DNA of 57,220 bases, filler included, from Sphacelaria rigidula (lineage: Eukaryota): NCBI GenBank assembly GCA_964200075.2. It is 8 parts of 8 records of this genome, joined end to end, with 100 filler letters (N's around TTAATTAATTAA, not from the genome) between each part and the next. Parts side by side here need not be neighbours in the genome. Positions count along the whole stretch, not along the records: positions 21,496 to 28,560 come from CAXNAA020016666.1; positions 28,661 to 35,725 come from CAXNAA020016667.1; positions 35,826 to 42,890 come from CAXNAA020016668.1; 5 more parts are not named here. The stretch is one strand, 5' to 3'. A program made the translations under genes and the position numbers. Of the stretch, positions 25,285-37,996 are shown piece by piece. Below the pieces are notes generated by a model that saw nothing but the letters and a program-made list of their open reading frames with translations, did not search any database and was not told the origin of the DNA. The first letter of the stretch is position 1. Each line of letters starts with the position of its first letter.

Positions 25285-26520
25285 CAGGTTTTCGTGGCGC
25301 CTCTCTTCTCATTTTTTCTTTATATTGGTAATGGTTGTGGTAAGGAATAGCAAGGGCGGTATTGGAAAGGCGAGCCTACGTCTGTGACCACGGGTTCGCG
25401 AGATCGGACTGATGTGCGGAAATAATAATAACGATAATGATAATCAGGGTCTCCCACTTCATGCGTTAGGCCGCTTCTTATGGCAAACATAAAAAAAAGT
25501 CTGGAAAAGTGTTTTTTTTTTTAGCTTCTGCATCGTTTCGCGCGCTCAAAGAGAGCTAGGCGGATTTTGATACCTTGAAATGCCTTGCTGCACTCGATGA
25601 GACAACCACATGAGCGGTCTCCGAGAAAAATGAGCGGTCTCCGGAAAGAACAAATGTTTGGCAAGAAAGAAATTGCTATCTCGGAAAAAAAGCGCAGGTG
25701 GGCTGGAACCGACTCATCGAGCACAGTACGGAACGTTCCAATTCAAACGGAAGAACTGTTTTCTTCGTGGTCGATTCTTATGCGAAACAGTTCGCGTCAC
25801 CAATCAACCAATCCGAGTAACAAACGTGCGTGTTTTCACAGCTTAAAATGTTGGTTGATCAGTGACGCGGATTGTTTCGCATAAGAATCAACCACAAAGA
25901 AAACAGTTCTTCCGTTTGAAATCCTGACTCTGAATCGGAAACTACACTCTGAATCTCACGAATATAGTGTTCAGGTAGGGATTCCAAGGTATCAAAATTC
26001 TCCCAGCTCTCTCTCTTTCTCAGGGCGCTAAACGACGCAGCTCTATAAGGGAGCTTTCCAGTTTCTTTGTTTGTTTGCCGTAAGAAGCGGGCTTCTAGAT
26101 TTTAGATGGAAGATATTCGTTTTTTACAGTTTCACCTTGAACTTGGTTGTAGGAATATTTTTGGAGGGAGTTTTTTTCCTTCATTTTTTTCACTTTCTCC
26201 CAAGTATGGATCCCCCCTCCCCACTTCTTCTCCGAAATACCGTTGCTGAAACAAAAGCCTGCTACGAGCTGGGCCAGCTGACAGCTATTTGTGAATAAAG
26301 AATGGCGATTATTATGATCATTATTTCCGCGCATTAGTCCGATCTCTCAAACCCGTGGTCGCAGACGTAGGCTCGCCATTCCAATACCGTCCCTGCTATT
26401 TCTTACAAGACATGGAGTCCTCCATCATTTTTTTGAGACTCCAGCCTAATTGCAAGATCAAACGCAATCAACTAAAATATTACCAAAATGAAAATAAGAG
26501 GAGAGAAGCCTAGAAAAAGA
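25285..26520. mobile_element. Foldback-like element with nested inverted repeats
   Basis: Outer arms 25341-25445 / 26308-26407, extending degenerately outward; central hairpin at 25742-25920. Confidence 0.7.
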
Positions 26521-26854
26521 TGAGGAGGAGCTTCCCCGAGTTTAACTGGGTGAAAAAGAAAAGGCGATACGATTGGTAATTCGAAGAGTTGAGCGCTCAA
26601 AGTTTGACACGACAATTTTATCATCAACCCGCGCAACCCTATTGGGGGTGCAGAGGAGGAACAAAATAAAACAGGAAGTTAAAGCAACTTGAAGTTTCTG
26701 CACAAATGGGAAAAATATGATGACGCCGTGAAAAAAGGATAAAACGGCTGCACCCCGAACAAGGTTTTGCACTCGCGTCCAGGACATCCTGGTGAAGTTT
26801 CGGCCAGAAAGACCCCAACATGGGCGCCGCATCGCTATTTTCGTGTGACGCGGC

Positions 26855-27086
26855 CGCGCCCGTTTAATCCAAGTGATCCAGGAGACTTGAGTTATCGAGG
26901 TCATGAGTTTGAATCCCGCCATATTATCTTCCTTTTCCGTCTGTTGTTACGGTTGTATATTTTGCAGTATTTTTTTTTCTCTCTCTTTTTTTTTCATCCA
27001 GGGGCGGTGCCGTGTATTACCAGGTTGGTCTGCATTTCACAGCGATATCGTAGTGAATGATGTGGTGAAAAGTGATTGTGATTGAC
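26855..27086 (+). mobile_element. Probable degenerate SINE with TGATTG tail
   Basis: B-box-like GAGTTTGAATCCC near 26905, a T-rich body and terminal GTGATTGTGATTG. Confidence 0.35.
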
Positions 27087-27541
27087 TCGCAGACTCGAGT
27101 CACACCTGTAGTGTACGCCGGGATGGATAGAACAGCAGTAGAGAAACGAAGCTGCAAGCAGATAGACAGCGAGCGGTACATTGCCGCCTATAGCCTCTGC
27201 CAGACGATCTGGACAAGAGGACTATCCACGAGGGACTCCTCCAGTAGCACTCGCCTCGTGCTCGACAAGTCCTTTCTTTTCACTTGGTATTATCACGGAG
27301 TGATCCTCACCGGACCAAATCAAGAGCCAGACAGCAAGGGGCCACACAGATGAGGGTCATTAATCCAGGTTCCCCTGTCCCCTGCCACTGCTCCGCTCAT
27401 GCATGCGATTATATTGAAACCTCCGACTTGGTATCATTTGGCTACAGCACCCCCGAAGCGAGTTCAAGACAAACGACCGAGCTTGACAACCTACAAAACC
27501 AAGACGAAATCGCATGTGCCAGATCACAAAGAAATACCATA

Positions 27542-28560
27542 CGAGCTGGGCCAGCCTACACACGGATTTATGCTCTCAAAGCAATATCTCGTCGACATGG
27601 ACGAGTCGGGCCATGATCCGCATATTGTATTAATCGTCTAACCAAGGGGAGGGTGCCCATCTGCTCAAAATTTTGGGCCTATATTTTTTTTGTTGATTAG
27701 ACCCCCTGTCTAGTAATTCCTATCCCTAAGGGAGATAGCGTCCATACGAAAATCTGTATGAACCCCCCGATCGATGCATTCAGCGGATGACGGCAAATTT
27801 TGGTGTGAACATTCCCTGGAGCATGGGGAGACGATGGATACCCTCACCTTGACCTAATTGGTAATCTATCTCGAGGTATGGCGCACATAATTTTCCATCC
27901 TAAAATCAGTATATTACAAGCAGATGCGCTAGATTAGCTAAACCTGGATATCGCGTCTCAGGTTTTGAGAGTTATGCTATGAAATTTCGTATGGAGAACC
28001 GCTGGTGCATTAAAAACCTTTTGAACACAGCTTTTTCGTTTTTATTTTTTCGTTTTTTGTTTCATTTTTTTCGGGTTTTTGGGGCAGTTTTGAGGAGAAA
28101 TGAACACTGGTTTTGGACCTCATCTCAATTTTTTAGCTCAATTTTTAGAATTGTAATTTGAAACTCAGGATAAAGAACCACAGAGGTATGCTGAATAAAA
28201 TAGGTATGCTGAATAAAATAGAGAAAAATGGGCCCTCGGTTTTTTTCGGGGGGGGGAGAGGTTCGGGCGTTCTCGTAAAACAATGGCGGTTTCGATACTA
28301 AACGCCCTAAACCAGTGAAAAAATGAGAAAGAATCAACCTTGCCCACTTCGTTTCGTCAATTATGCCCTAGCCACGGCCCACACAAAGTTTCAATACACA
28401 AACACCAAACGTGGGCCGGTAAGTGGCCTGCAAAACACTGCTCCGAATTTCTTCTGACCCCGTCACTAAACGGCCCATTATACGGCCAATACTTGGAGTT
28501 GGACCCTGAAATTTGGTATGAACAAAGAATGGGGCATAATAGAAAAAAATACCAGTGTAC
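27542..28560. mobile_element. TA-flanked non-autonomous DNA transposon, cut by the piece end
   Basis: Begins TA|CGAGCTGGGCCAG and aligns over ~1 kb with the reverse complement of 40735-41768. Confidence 0.85.
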
Positions 28561-28660
28561 NNNNNNNNNNNNNNNNNNNNNNNNNNNNNNNNNNNNNNNN
28601 NNNNTTAATTAATTAANNNNNNNNNNNNNNNNNNNNNNNNNNNNNNNNNNNNNNNNNNNN

Positions 28661-28960
28661 GTCGTGTTCACTCACTCGTTGCGCTATCTCTCCTCGTTTG
28701 CGCTCATCTGTCGCGAAGCCACACACGTTCCACGATCCTATTATCAACTTCCTTTCCGAATTATCATCTGCTCTCTGATTGTCTCCTATCCTCTTTCCGT
28801 GTCTCTTACTTCTATCTTCCCCTGCTCGATTATTCTGCCCCTTGCCGACTTGGACTTCGTCCACTTGCTTTGGGGCGCTGTGTCCCCTCTCCTTACGGCT
28901 CCTACGATAGGGGGGGGGGGTGGTGTTTTGGGCCACTTCTTGCACGAAATTCCAAGTCAA
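28661..28960 (-). mobile_element. LINE ORF2 start (APE endonuclease N-terminus)
   Basis: KLIIGSWNVCGF...KRGEI matches the APE domain I motif (S/T)WNVxG. Confidence 0.75.
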
Positions 28961-29148
28961 ATTGTCCTTGAAAGGAGCAGCGGTTGCTCGAACGAGGTTG
29001 TTTTAGATATATCACGCTCGTTAATACCGATTGACACCGTTCTGAACCAAATGCAAGCGCACCGCGAGCGTGGCAGGTCGTCTAACCCACATATGAGCCT
29101 CTTTTTTCGTGCAATCAAGTCCCCCCCCCCTAACGTAGGACGCCCCCC

Positions 29149-31090
29149 CTAACGTAGGATGACTCGGCAGTCGTAGTACTTAATGTAGCCGTGGATCAAT
29201 ATGTCGGCCATTCCGGCGGCAGTGAAATCTGCGGCGGTTACCGCGTACATGGACGCGTGGCGGCTGAAGCGGTCAGTGAAGAGTAAGATGTAGGTGTTGC
29301 CTCGACGTGTGGTCGGTAAAGAGCCAAAGTAGGCAAAGGAAACAAGGTGGCCTGGCCCGTTGGGGAGTCCCATAGAGATGACGGGCCAGCGTACTGTCTG
29401 CCGTGAAGTCTTTCGGGCTTGACATTTGAAGCATCGCCGAATCCAGAAGCGGGTGGAAATTTCCATGCCAACCCACCAGTAGAAGCGTTCCGAGAGCGCT
29501 AGGGTGCGGGTGACGCCAAGGTGGCATGACAAGTCTGTGTGGCAGCCTTGCATGATCCAGGGGCGCATGAATAATGGGACATATATGCGCGTTGGTGCGT
29601 GGCATGCCGTGGTTGAGACGGAAATTGCGCCTGTCAAGGGCGTGGCGCGACGCACGAGTAGTTGTACACCTTCATTCGTAGTAAAAAGGGTGCCTTTACG
29701 CACGAGCTCGTATACGTCAGAAATAACTGGTGGTGGGAGTGTGCCAACTGGTGCCAGAAGAGCGGAAAAAAGACTGGGCAGTCGAGTTGTAAGTATCGGA
29801 TGGCTGCGCGACATAGCGGTTCCGCGTTTTGTTCGCGAGCCCAATCGCGGTGAGAGTAGCTGGCGAGAAACTCGCGTGGTTGACCTTCCGCTGGCGAGCC
29901 GACCAAACGTGGTGGTGTAGGCAGCGGGGGAATAGGCGACGGGGCAGGAGTGCCGACGTCAATATCTGCCCCGGGAGCAGGAGCTACATCGTCTGCTCCA
30001 TGCCCAGGAGTGGTAGATGTTAGTCGCGCCGTCATAGGTGGCAGGGCTGTAGTAGTGCGCGGCGAAGATTGCCCGCAGCGCGTAGTGCACGTTGCAGAAG
30101 TTTTCGAGGCAAGATACGTCCCGGTCCGTGGGGCCTGTGTTGCGTGGCTCGTGGAATTTGCAGGTGGTATCGGTGGCGGCGGGGCACTCGGGGTGGCGCG
30201 GGTGGCAGACAGGGAGCGCGTGTTGTCGGAGATTAAGTGGGTGACCGAAGGTGTTTCTGTGAAGAGCTTGGCGCGAGCACCGAAAGTGCGGAAATCGACA
30301 AAATCGGAGGTAGTGGGCGCTAACCCACCCAAGACGACGTCATATGGTAGAGGGCGAGGTCCTCCCATATTCGTACCAGTTTCTGGGTCCTGGAGGTCGA
30401 GGGCGTAAACAAGTGTTGAAAAACGTCTAATCGCGTAAATTCCAGGTCCATCGGGTTCCGTTCAACGGCAAGCTGGGCTGGAATCTGCGGCAGTAAGCGG
30501 CAGGGGTAGGCGAGAAAGAAGATCAGCGTTCCCGTTGGTTTTGCGTGGACGGTGCGTAATGGTATACTGGTACGCTGATAGAAACTCCAACCATCGTTGT
30601 ACACGCAGGTTGTGTTCGCCAACCTTGGCGAGTTGTTCGAGTGCCCCATGATCTGTATAGATCTCGAAGGGCACGCGAAACATATACTGTCGAAGGCGCT
30701 TAGTGGCCCAAGTGATTACTCCGCCTTCCAGTTCTAGCGGGCTCCAATTGGCCTTGTTGAGCAGGGTAGCGCGGCTGATATAAAGGATGGGTCGGCCCGA
30801 GCCATCAACCTGAGGTTGATTCAAAATGCCTCCAAATCCGTTTGTGCTGGCGTCAGTGTGCAGTTGGAAAAGGCGAGAGTCATCTTGTACTGCCTCCCAG
30901 TCAGGAAAGCAGAGTACCGGCTTGTCGGTAAGCGTCTTGTGTAATTCGCGGGTGATATTCTTCATACCAGTTGTGAAGGAAAACACGGCTCCTTTCTTGA
31001 GTAGCTCAGTAAGGGGGCGAATCCGTTTTGAGAGATTCGGCAAAAAGTTGCGGTAGTAGGATAGTCCGCTCAACAATGAGCGAAGTTGAG
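29149..31090 (-). pseudogene. Ty3/Gypsy lineage B RNase H and integrase
   Basis: LSYYRNF, LHTDAS, IYTDH, NADLLSRLP; integrase Zn finger H..HLG..C..C and core YFGSLP...LLFTDRFSR; frameshifted. Confidence 0.93.
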
Positions 31091-31572
31091 TAGGCTTTAG
31101 TTCCGTATGCGCGCATAAAGTTTAGCATAATTTCGTTTTTATTAGCTTGAAAAGGCCTGTTTAGCGCAAAGCTTATAATCGGCTTATAACGCTTGAAACG
31201 AGCTTAACTTGCTTAAATGCGCATAAACGTGCATAAGACGCGCATAAAGTTGCGATATTGTTTTGCTCGCAAGTGCTCCATGTGGCATAACTCGCCACCA
31301 GACACGCTGACAGGCGTGAGGCTTCGGGCTCCAACACTCAATACTCCAAATTTCCATGGTCATGTTCCGTGTTCCTATTTTGTTGCGGGTCTGATAAGCA
31401 GACTTCTCCAGTTTATATTTAATACACATGTTACTATGTTGCTTTCAAAAATGTGACAAGATACTAAATAAGTAATACACTTGTAATTTGTACAGCAGAC
31501 ATCAGTAGTAACATCAGCACCAACAGAGAGAAGTGATAACGAGCGATAGCAGCGTTTGTAACTCACGAGGTC

Positions 31573-31845
31573 ATGGCGGGCCTGCTGTCTGAGAAGGACG
31601 ACTTTTTGGTCGCGGCCTCGGGCGCGCACTCGGAGTACGGTTTACTGTCGTTTTGACATGGCAACAAGAACAGGCTTTCCAGTTGGTATCTCGTGGCGAT
31701 GGATATTGTACTTATCGAGCCATCGTCCGCGTCTACAGAGCGAATGTTTTCGATTTTGAGGGGGTGCTTGAACTCCCGGCAGGAGAAGACGTTACGTGCC
31801 CTGATCAAATCCGTAGTTATGATGAAGTACAACCGGTACCGGTAG
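31573..31845 (+). pseudogene. hAT transposase C-terminal dimerisation domain (absent from ORF track)
   Basis: Hand translation LLSF*HGNKNRLSSWYLVAMDIVLIEPSSASTERMFSIL; PxSSAxxERxFS is the hATC signature; stop at the conserved W. Confidence 0.8.
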
Positions 31846-32039
31846 TTCCACAAGATTTTCAATTTCGACTGACGGTAGATGACGCGGGGGTGGTGGTGGT
31901 AGCGTGTAGCTTGTAGCTTGCCGGGCGAGAGGCCAAAGGCTGCAGTGCCCGGTGTCTGGAGGCTACAATGCCGTACTGCTGTATCAAATATCGTGAGTGT
32001 AGTGACGTTTGTTGTTTCCGTACGTGGGTTAGGGTGTAG

Positions 32040-32345
32040 GTGTTTCAAATCGTGTGTTCGTAGGCGAGAGCGAAATTCTCGTAGAGTGCGGATATGTGCA
32101 ATAGGTGAGGCATCGAAAGCGATACCGTCATCCAGGTACATGATGATGTTCTCGAGTGATGCGTTGCAATGAGCGTTGAAAGTACACCGTGGCAGTGGCA
32201 GCGCCTTGTGGCATTCAAAGCCGCTCGTAGAGTCCGGACGAGGTACAAAATGCCGTCAGTGGGACCGTGTCAGGGTGAATAGCATTCTGAAAGAACCCAG
32301 AAGCGAGGTCGAAGGTGCTGATTATTTTTCCTTCGCCTAGAAGTT
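32040..32345 (-). pseudogene. Ty3/Gypsy reverse transcriptase core fragment
   Basis: STFDLASGFFQ, TAFCTSSGLYE and MYLDDGI motifs. Confidence 0.9.
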
Positions 32346-33928
32346 GTTCCCGCCTGCACCGTCCGTTGCAGAGCAGCAGCACCTGCGGCGGCGCCGGACC
32401 CAGAACCAGACCCATGCTGACGCCGCTGCCCCTGCCGCCGCTGCTACTGCTGCTGAAACCTCGACTGCGACCCTCCACCGCCTGAGGATATGGCGCCACC
32501 ACCACCCCGATCACCTTGTCTTTTTCTCTTGTACTGAAGATGCTGATAGCGCGCGGCAGGAGACTGCCCAGACTCTCCACCGGAAGACGTTGGGCAATCG
32601 CGCGCGTAATGGTTGACCTGGCCACAGCGGTGGCAGGTGATGGTCGCGGCGCGGCCAGCCGATTTTGAGCCGTGGAGGCGGACGACTGGCCGAAAACCTC
32701 TTCTTTCCGCCACTCTTTGGCCTCGGCCACGACGGTGTCCATTGCCAGGTAGGGGTCGGCCTTCCTATTTGTTTCGTGCTGCGATAACGTAACAAGCACG
32801 GCTTGCTTAAATGTTTCCGGCGCCAACCAATCCACCAAAGCCTTGGTGATTACTACAGCCGGGCCGGGAATAAACTCACCATCGGGGGAACGATATACTA
32901 GTTCCACATTCGGGTTTTCTGAGAGGTATTACTCCAGATTGGACAGGATTGGCTCCGTCCGATCTAGCACCGTCTTTCCTCAGACTCCATGACGACAGCT
33001 TCCGTCACGGCCGCGGACGCTTGGATCAACTCCGCCTCGGCGCCCGCCGCGTGCCCAGCATGCTTTTTAATCGCCGCAACCAACCGCGGCGGGATCATTG
33101 TGCTTTCATTGTGTTCCACACGAGCAAACACTCTCTGCACATGCGTCGGCACTTGTTGAGCCATCGACACTGCCTGATGTCGCACAGCACCCCCTACGTT
33201 AGCGTCCTCCACACGCTTCCTGTACTCCAAGTACTTGGTATAGAAAGTACTAGATGCACTCTCGGAGTACCTATCCCCGTATTGGGGAGGTCGCAACCCT
33301 TCCCGCATAACCGTGGACGTCACGCTGGACGCGGCACGCGAGCCGGTCGCCATAACAGCAGCCGGCTACCTGCGAACCTTTCGCAGGCCAGCGGAACTTC
33401 GCGAATTGCACACTTCACCGTTGCTTCGTGGCCGCACCACACAGTCGTAGGAGCCTCCAAACTCCCGCTGCGCGCAACTTCAACCAGTCTTCAGTCTGGA
33501 TCCATCACAGGCCAACCGCCTTTCTGCCGATCACCTCAGCTTGAACCCCCTCCACGCGTCCGTGGTGAATCAGAATGTACCCAGCTACCAGACTCTTCCG
33601 CCGAAATTCTTCCAGCAGGTTCCGCTAGGTACTAGCTCTAGCACTAATATCGATATTGCGATGCCAGCCAGAAGAAGAACTGTTGGATCGATGCTGCTGA
33701 GGAACTCCCCAGTCTCACTGGCCTCAGTTTCGGTTGTCAGTCTTTACAACATTTCATTGTGCAGAGTACCCTTGCAAGTACACCCTCTTAGACCCGTAGG
33801 ATATCATCCCCGTGTCCCCGGTCATTTCATTATCCAGAATCCTCCCAGAATCCTCCAGAATCCCCGTGCCCCCGGTCATTTGCCAAATTATCACTACAAA
33901 CTCAATGTAACGGCGTAATTTCGTCACA
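32346..33928 (-). mobile_element. Gypsy lineage A 5' LTR (33657-33928), leader and gag
   Basis: LTR starts TGTGACG on minus; gag RPPQYGDRYSE... and CHRCGQVNHYARDC. Confidence 0.88.
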
Positions 33929-36440
33929 GCTCGTTTCAAGCGTATTGAGTCAATTATAAGCTTTAGGGCAAAAAGGCCATTTAGAGCTCGAAAACCCCAA
34001 AATACGCTGAACTTCATGCGCGCATACGGAACTTAAGCCAAGTAAAATCCTGTGTTATCCTTTTAATCGAGCATGCACGGTGCTTGGTTGGCCAAGAACC
34101 CAATACGACTGTATGCATATCAATATCGAGCAGATAGCTCATTGCCACCGACGTATGTGGTATCCTACCCTACGACAAGATCCTTTCTTGACCGCCCTCC
34201 TGTGGACTGCTGTGGACTGCGACTGACCGTTGTTTCGTGTGTGCAGCATTTCAATTTGAAATTGCGTCAATTGTGGATTTGGTTCTGGAGGCGTTCGCGA
34301 CCTGCGTGCTCTTATTTACATGCTCCACCTGCAAATAGGTCGCGCCGACTCGGATTGTTATATACTACTGTGCGATTTTTTGTCTTATATCATCCTTCAA
34401 TGTCCGTAAACAATGGTTGGTACTCGGTTTTATTTTATTTCAGGCTAAAGAAAGTTCAGAGAGATTTATGGTTCGGGGCAGGTGGGCGGTGTTGTCGGCG
34501 ACAGTGCTGATGAAGTTCACAGCAGTTGCGTCGGACTCGGGGTTGTCGGCGATGGTATCGATGAGGTCGGGGGCAACGGCAGTGGCTGCAGAGCCTCGGA
34601 TACCGCCGCTTTATGTGCTGGCCGCGACGGCGGTGTTATCGGCAAGGTCGACAGTTGCGTCGGCGCCGGTAGCGGCTCGGATATACATCGCGTGATTCAG
34701 CGGCTGCGGGGATGCCGGCGGATCGGGGACGGTACTGACTTCGCTATCTCCGCTGCCGGCAAGCGGCATCGTCGGCGGTTGCAAGTTACAGAAGTTTCAC
34801 ACACGCAGGACAGTCCGCTCAAAAGGTACATCGCTTGCCGAGGAAACGGGTTGAATACTAACACATGCTGGGGGAGCAGGTATAACGCTTGTAGGGGAAA
34901 CGGTCTGAACGCAGACGCCGAGGGGTGAAGTTACAACGCCTGCGGCGAAGGTGTACCGTGAGCAACGCTGGGGGGGCAGTACAGAGCATCTCCTTTTGAC
35001 GCTAAGGCTGCATCGACGCTCGGGGGATTCACAGCGGGAGAAATATCAACCTTGTTCGTAGGGAAAGGAGACTCTACAGTAGCAGTAGAAAAACCAGCTC
35101 TGCTCGTAGGAGAACAAAACCCTACAGTAGTTGTAGTGGGATCATCAGCTCCGCTACTCGATGTGGGGGTGGGTGTAGGGCGAAGAATGGAGCTCTACAG
35201 ACACAGACGAATCGATTTCGCGGCTGGAAAAGGATGCTCCACAGTGAAAGAAAAATTAAATCTGTTCGTAGGGAAGCGAAACTCTACGGTAGTCGTGGAA
35301 TAATCAGTTCCACTACTTATCTTGGGGGTGTAGGGCAAAGAATAAAGCTCTACAGAGGCAAACAAATCAATTTCGCTACTGTGAGAAGGAACGTGGCCAA
35401 TGCGATGAATGTAGTGAAGTACAGTCAAAACGTAATTTTCCATGAAATTAGTGTACTCCAGTCGAATCTAGGATGATAGCACGTTTTTTCTGTAAGTGGG
35501 AAAGGGAGTGAACAATAAACTTGATACCCTCTCTGGACACGAAAATCTGTGGAGGTAGCAGGAACATTTGTACGAGCTGGGCCGGCCTAGACGCGAATTT
35601 GTGGTTTGCAGACCCTGTCTCACCTCAATTTTGAGAGTTGGACTATCAAACAACAGCCGATCCTAATTTTTGGGGTTGAAACATAAAATGAGGTTGAAAT
35701 ACCATTCCTCCATTGCAGGGAAGACNNNNNNNNNNNNNNNNNNNNNNNNNNNNNNNNNNNNNNNNNNNNTTAATTAATTAANNNNNNNNNNNNNNNNNNN
35801 NNNNNNNNNNNNNNNNNNNNNNNNNTGTTTTAGGCTTGAACCTCATCTGGGAGTTAAACCTCAATTCGCACAATTTGTTGTTTGTACTCAATATGCAGTG
35901 ACTTACGGACTGACCGGTCATCGGGGGTCCTGCCACGTTGCAGCCCACATTCTTATTCTTTGGTATTTTCGGTCGATTGAGCCTGTCCCGATCATATTTG
36001 TGAAGGAATGTACAGTTTTTTTATTATTATTATATCTACTCATTGCAATAGAGCCGGAAAAACTGTGTATCACGGTCAATAACCCCCTCCTGATAAACGG
36101 GGGATTTACTCGTATCGCCCGATAACACAAACTAACACTGGCTTGAGCACCGTATTTCGAGGATGATCTGTTCATTGTACCAAAATCTCCCGATGCTAGC
36201 GATTTCTAGTTCTGTCGAAGAGCAGTACGCGAGGAAAACCCCAAAACACCCCTGAAAAGTTAGACCGCACACTACTGTATATGAATTGGGGAACAAGAGG
36301 ATGAATTTTCAACAACTTCTGCTGCCTCTCGAATCTCATCCGCTGATAAGGTGCGGTACGTGGGACTTGAACAGCAGAAGAAGCTGCTTGCAAGTAAGTT
36401 CTTTTTTACCCAGTTTCAGGTATTGGTGGGCAAAATGGGG

Positions 36441-36524
36441 ATTTATTTCGAACAGCTTCTGGTGTACAAATTCCGTCTGTGAGTGTATATGGGATTTGTA
36501 CAACCTCTGCTGTTCGAAATAAAT
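36441..36524. repeat. Short hairpin
   Basis: ATTTATTTCGAACAGC..TGTACAAAT pairs with ATTTGTACA..GCTGTTCGAAATAAAT; a further direct copy of the arm lies near 36557. Confidence 0.7.
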
Positions 36525-36922
36525 CATTTTTGCCCGATTCCAAATTTGGGATTAGGATTTATTTCGAACAGCACAGGCTGTCCACATTACAGATTTCCAT
36601 AGCACTTGTTCCTTCAAAAACAATCCAGGGGATTCTAATATTGACGCAGACCTTCGAGGGCCCCAACAGTGATCCTCTCGAGGATTGCGAATACCCAAGA
36701 TCCTCTAGCGGGGATTCCAAAACGGACGGAACCGAGGATGGCGTTTGGAAATTCCTCTACAAGGTAGCCGAATGGCCGCGTGTGTATGACATAAATTGTG
36801 GGAACTTGTTCGATCATCTGTCCGTGTCTCCAACCTGCCATTCATTGGTCAAGAATCAAGCGTACATATTATTCACCCACGATTCGAACGGGATACATCA
36901 ATGGGACACTTTTCCCATCAGT

Positions 36923-37172
36923 GACACTTTCTACGATAGCCCCCCCCAAAAACCAACCCAAAAGTGTCACGAAAAAAATGGCCATACAGCGTCTGATGTT
37001 TGGGTTCAGGCTGCATGAAGCGCCTCATATTGGCAACATTAGCGAGAACCAACCCAAGCGTGGGAATTCCCAGCTGCTCGCTGTGCTCGGCTTTTTCCAT
37101 TTCGATTCACGTGAACATTTCGCCTCCCCAAACCATGCACTTCTGGGGGAGGGGGCTATCGTAGAAAGTATG
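36923..37172. mobile_element. 250-bp MITE; second copy starts at 57055
   Basis: GACACTTTCTACGATAGCCCCC / GGGGGCTATCGTAGAAAGTATG termini with CAGT on both flanks. Confidence 0.85.
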
Positions 37173-37697
37173 CAGTGATTCGCGAAATAAATGTGATTCG
37201 TACATATTTTGTATCCTTTATTCGTGTGACACTATCATATAATTCTTGGGAGCGTACACATTTCCCGCTCGAAATTCGTGCTATACCACCTTGGACGCGT
37301 ACAAACTCCATCCGTTATTCATACCTGATTACTCCCTCTTGGCACATGATTCACACCCGACATTCACCGAGAGTCAGTCAACCTGTACGAATTTTTATTC
37401 GTTCGACCCTTGTAACCGTTTCGAGATGGGACCTGAAATTTCGACAAGTGATTAGCAAGGCGCAGGCGAAACTTGTCTTGAAACTCTGAGTTTTTTCCTC
37501 GAGGGGGTGGTCGAGACGCGGTCAACCAAGATCCATCGACTGGTCGGTCGTACCACGACCCCCCCCCTACGGCTCCCACTCCCTTCGAAGAAAATACTTG
37601 GGGCTTCAAAACAGGTGTCGGCGAGTGGCTTCCCAATCACGTGTCAAAATTTCAGGTCACAACGCATAGAGGCTGGCTCCGCTTGACCGTATCACCA

Positions 37698-37996
37698 GCG
37701 TTTACCCCAGTTCGCGTCCCCAAATTATCGATTGAAACGTAATTGATTTGATTGTGAAGACCGATTTACGGATCTTTCGTGGGGCTCATAGTCCCAGGTG
37801 CTCCCAGCGTGCCCAGAATCCGAAAAAGGTCGAATCGGCGCCGGTTTGAGGACCGCCAAAACACACGTTGCCGAGGGAACCTTCTGCACCTCCTTGCCCG
37901 AGGGTTTTCAGTTTGCGTTAAGTTGGGCTTAGAGTTTGTGTTATTTCGAAATTGTGTCAATACCACGGATTTGGGGACACGAACTGGGGTAAACGC
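37698..37996. mobile_element. MITE with ~28-bp TIRs
   Basis: GCGTTTACCCCAGTTCGCGTCCCCAAAT / ATTTGGGGACACGAACTGGGGTAAACGC; flanks ACCA / ACCT; interior similar to the reverse complement of 6590-6790. Confidence 0.75.

Larger units (their letters stand above)
31091..34041. mobile_element. Pair of hAT-like termini (31091-31200 and 33929-34041) enclosing mixed content
   Basis: TAGGCTTTAGTTCCGTATGCGCGCAT pairs with ATGCGCGCATACGGAACTTAAGCCAA over ~110 bp; the 8-bp flanks do not match. Confidence 0.65.
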
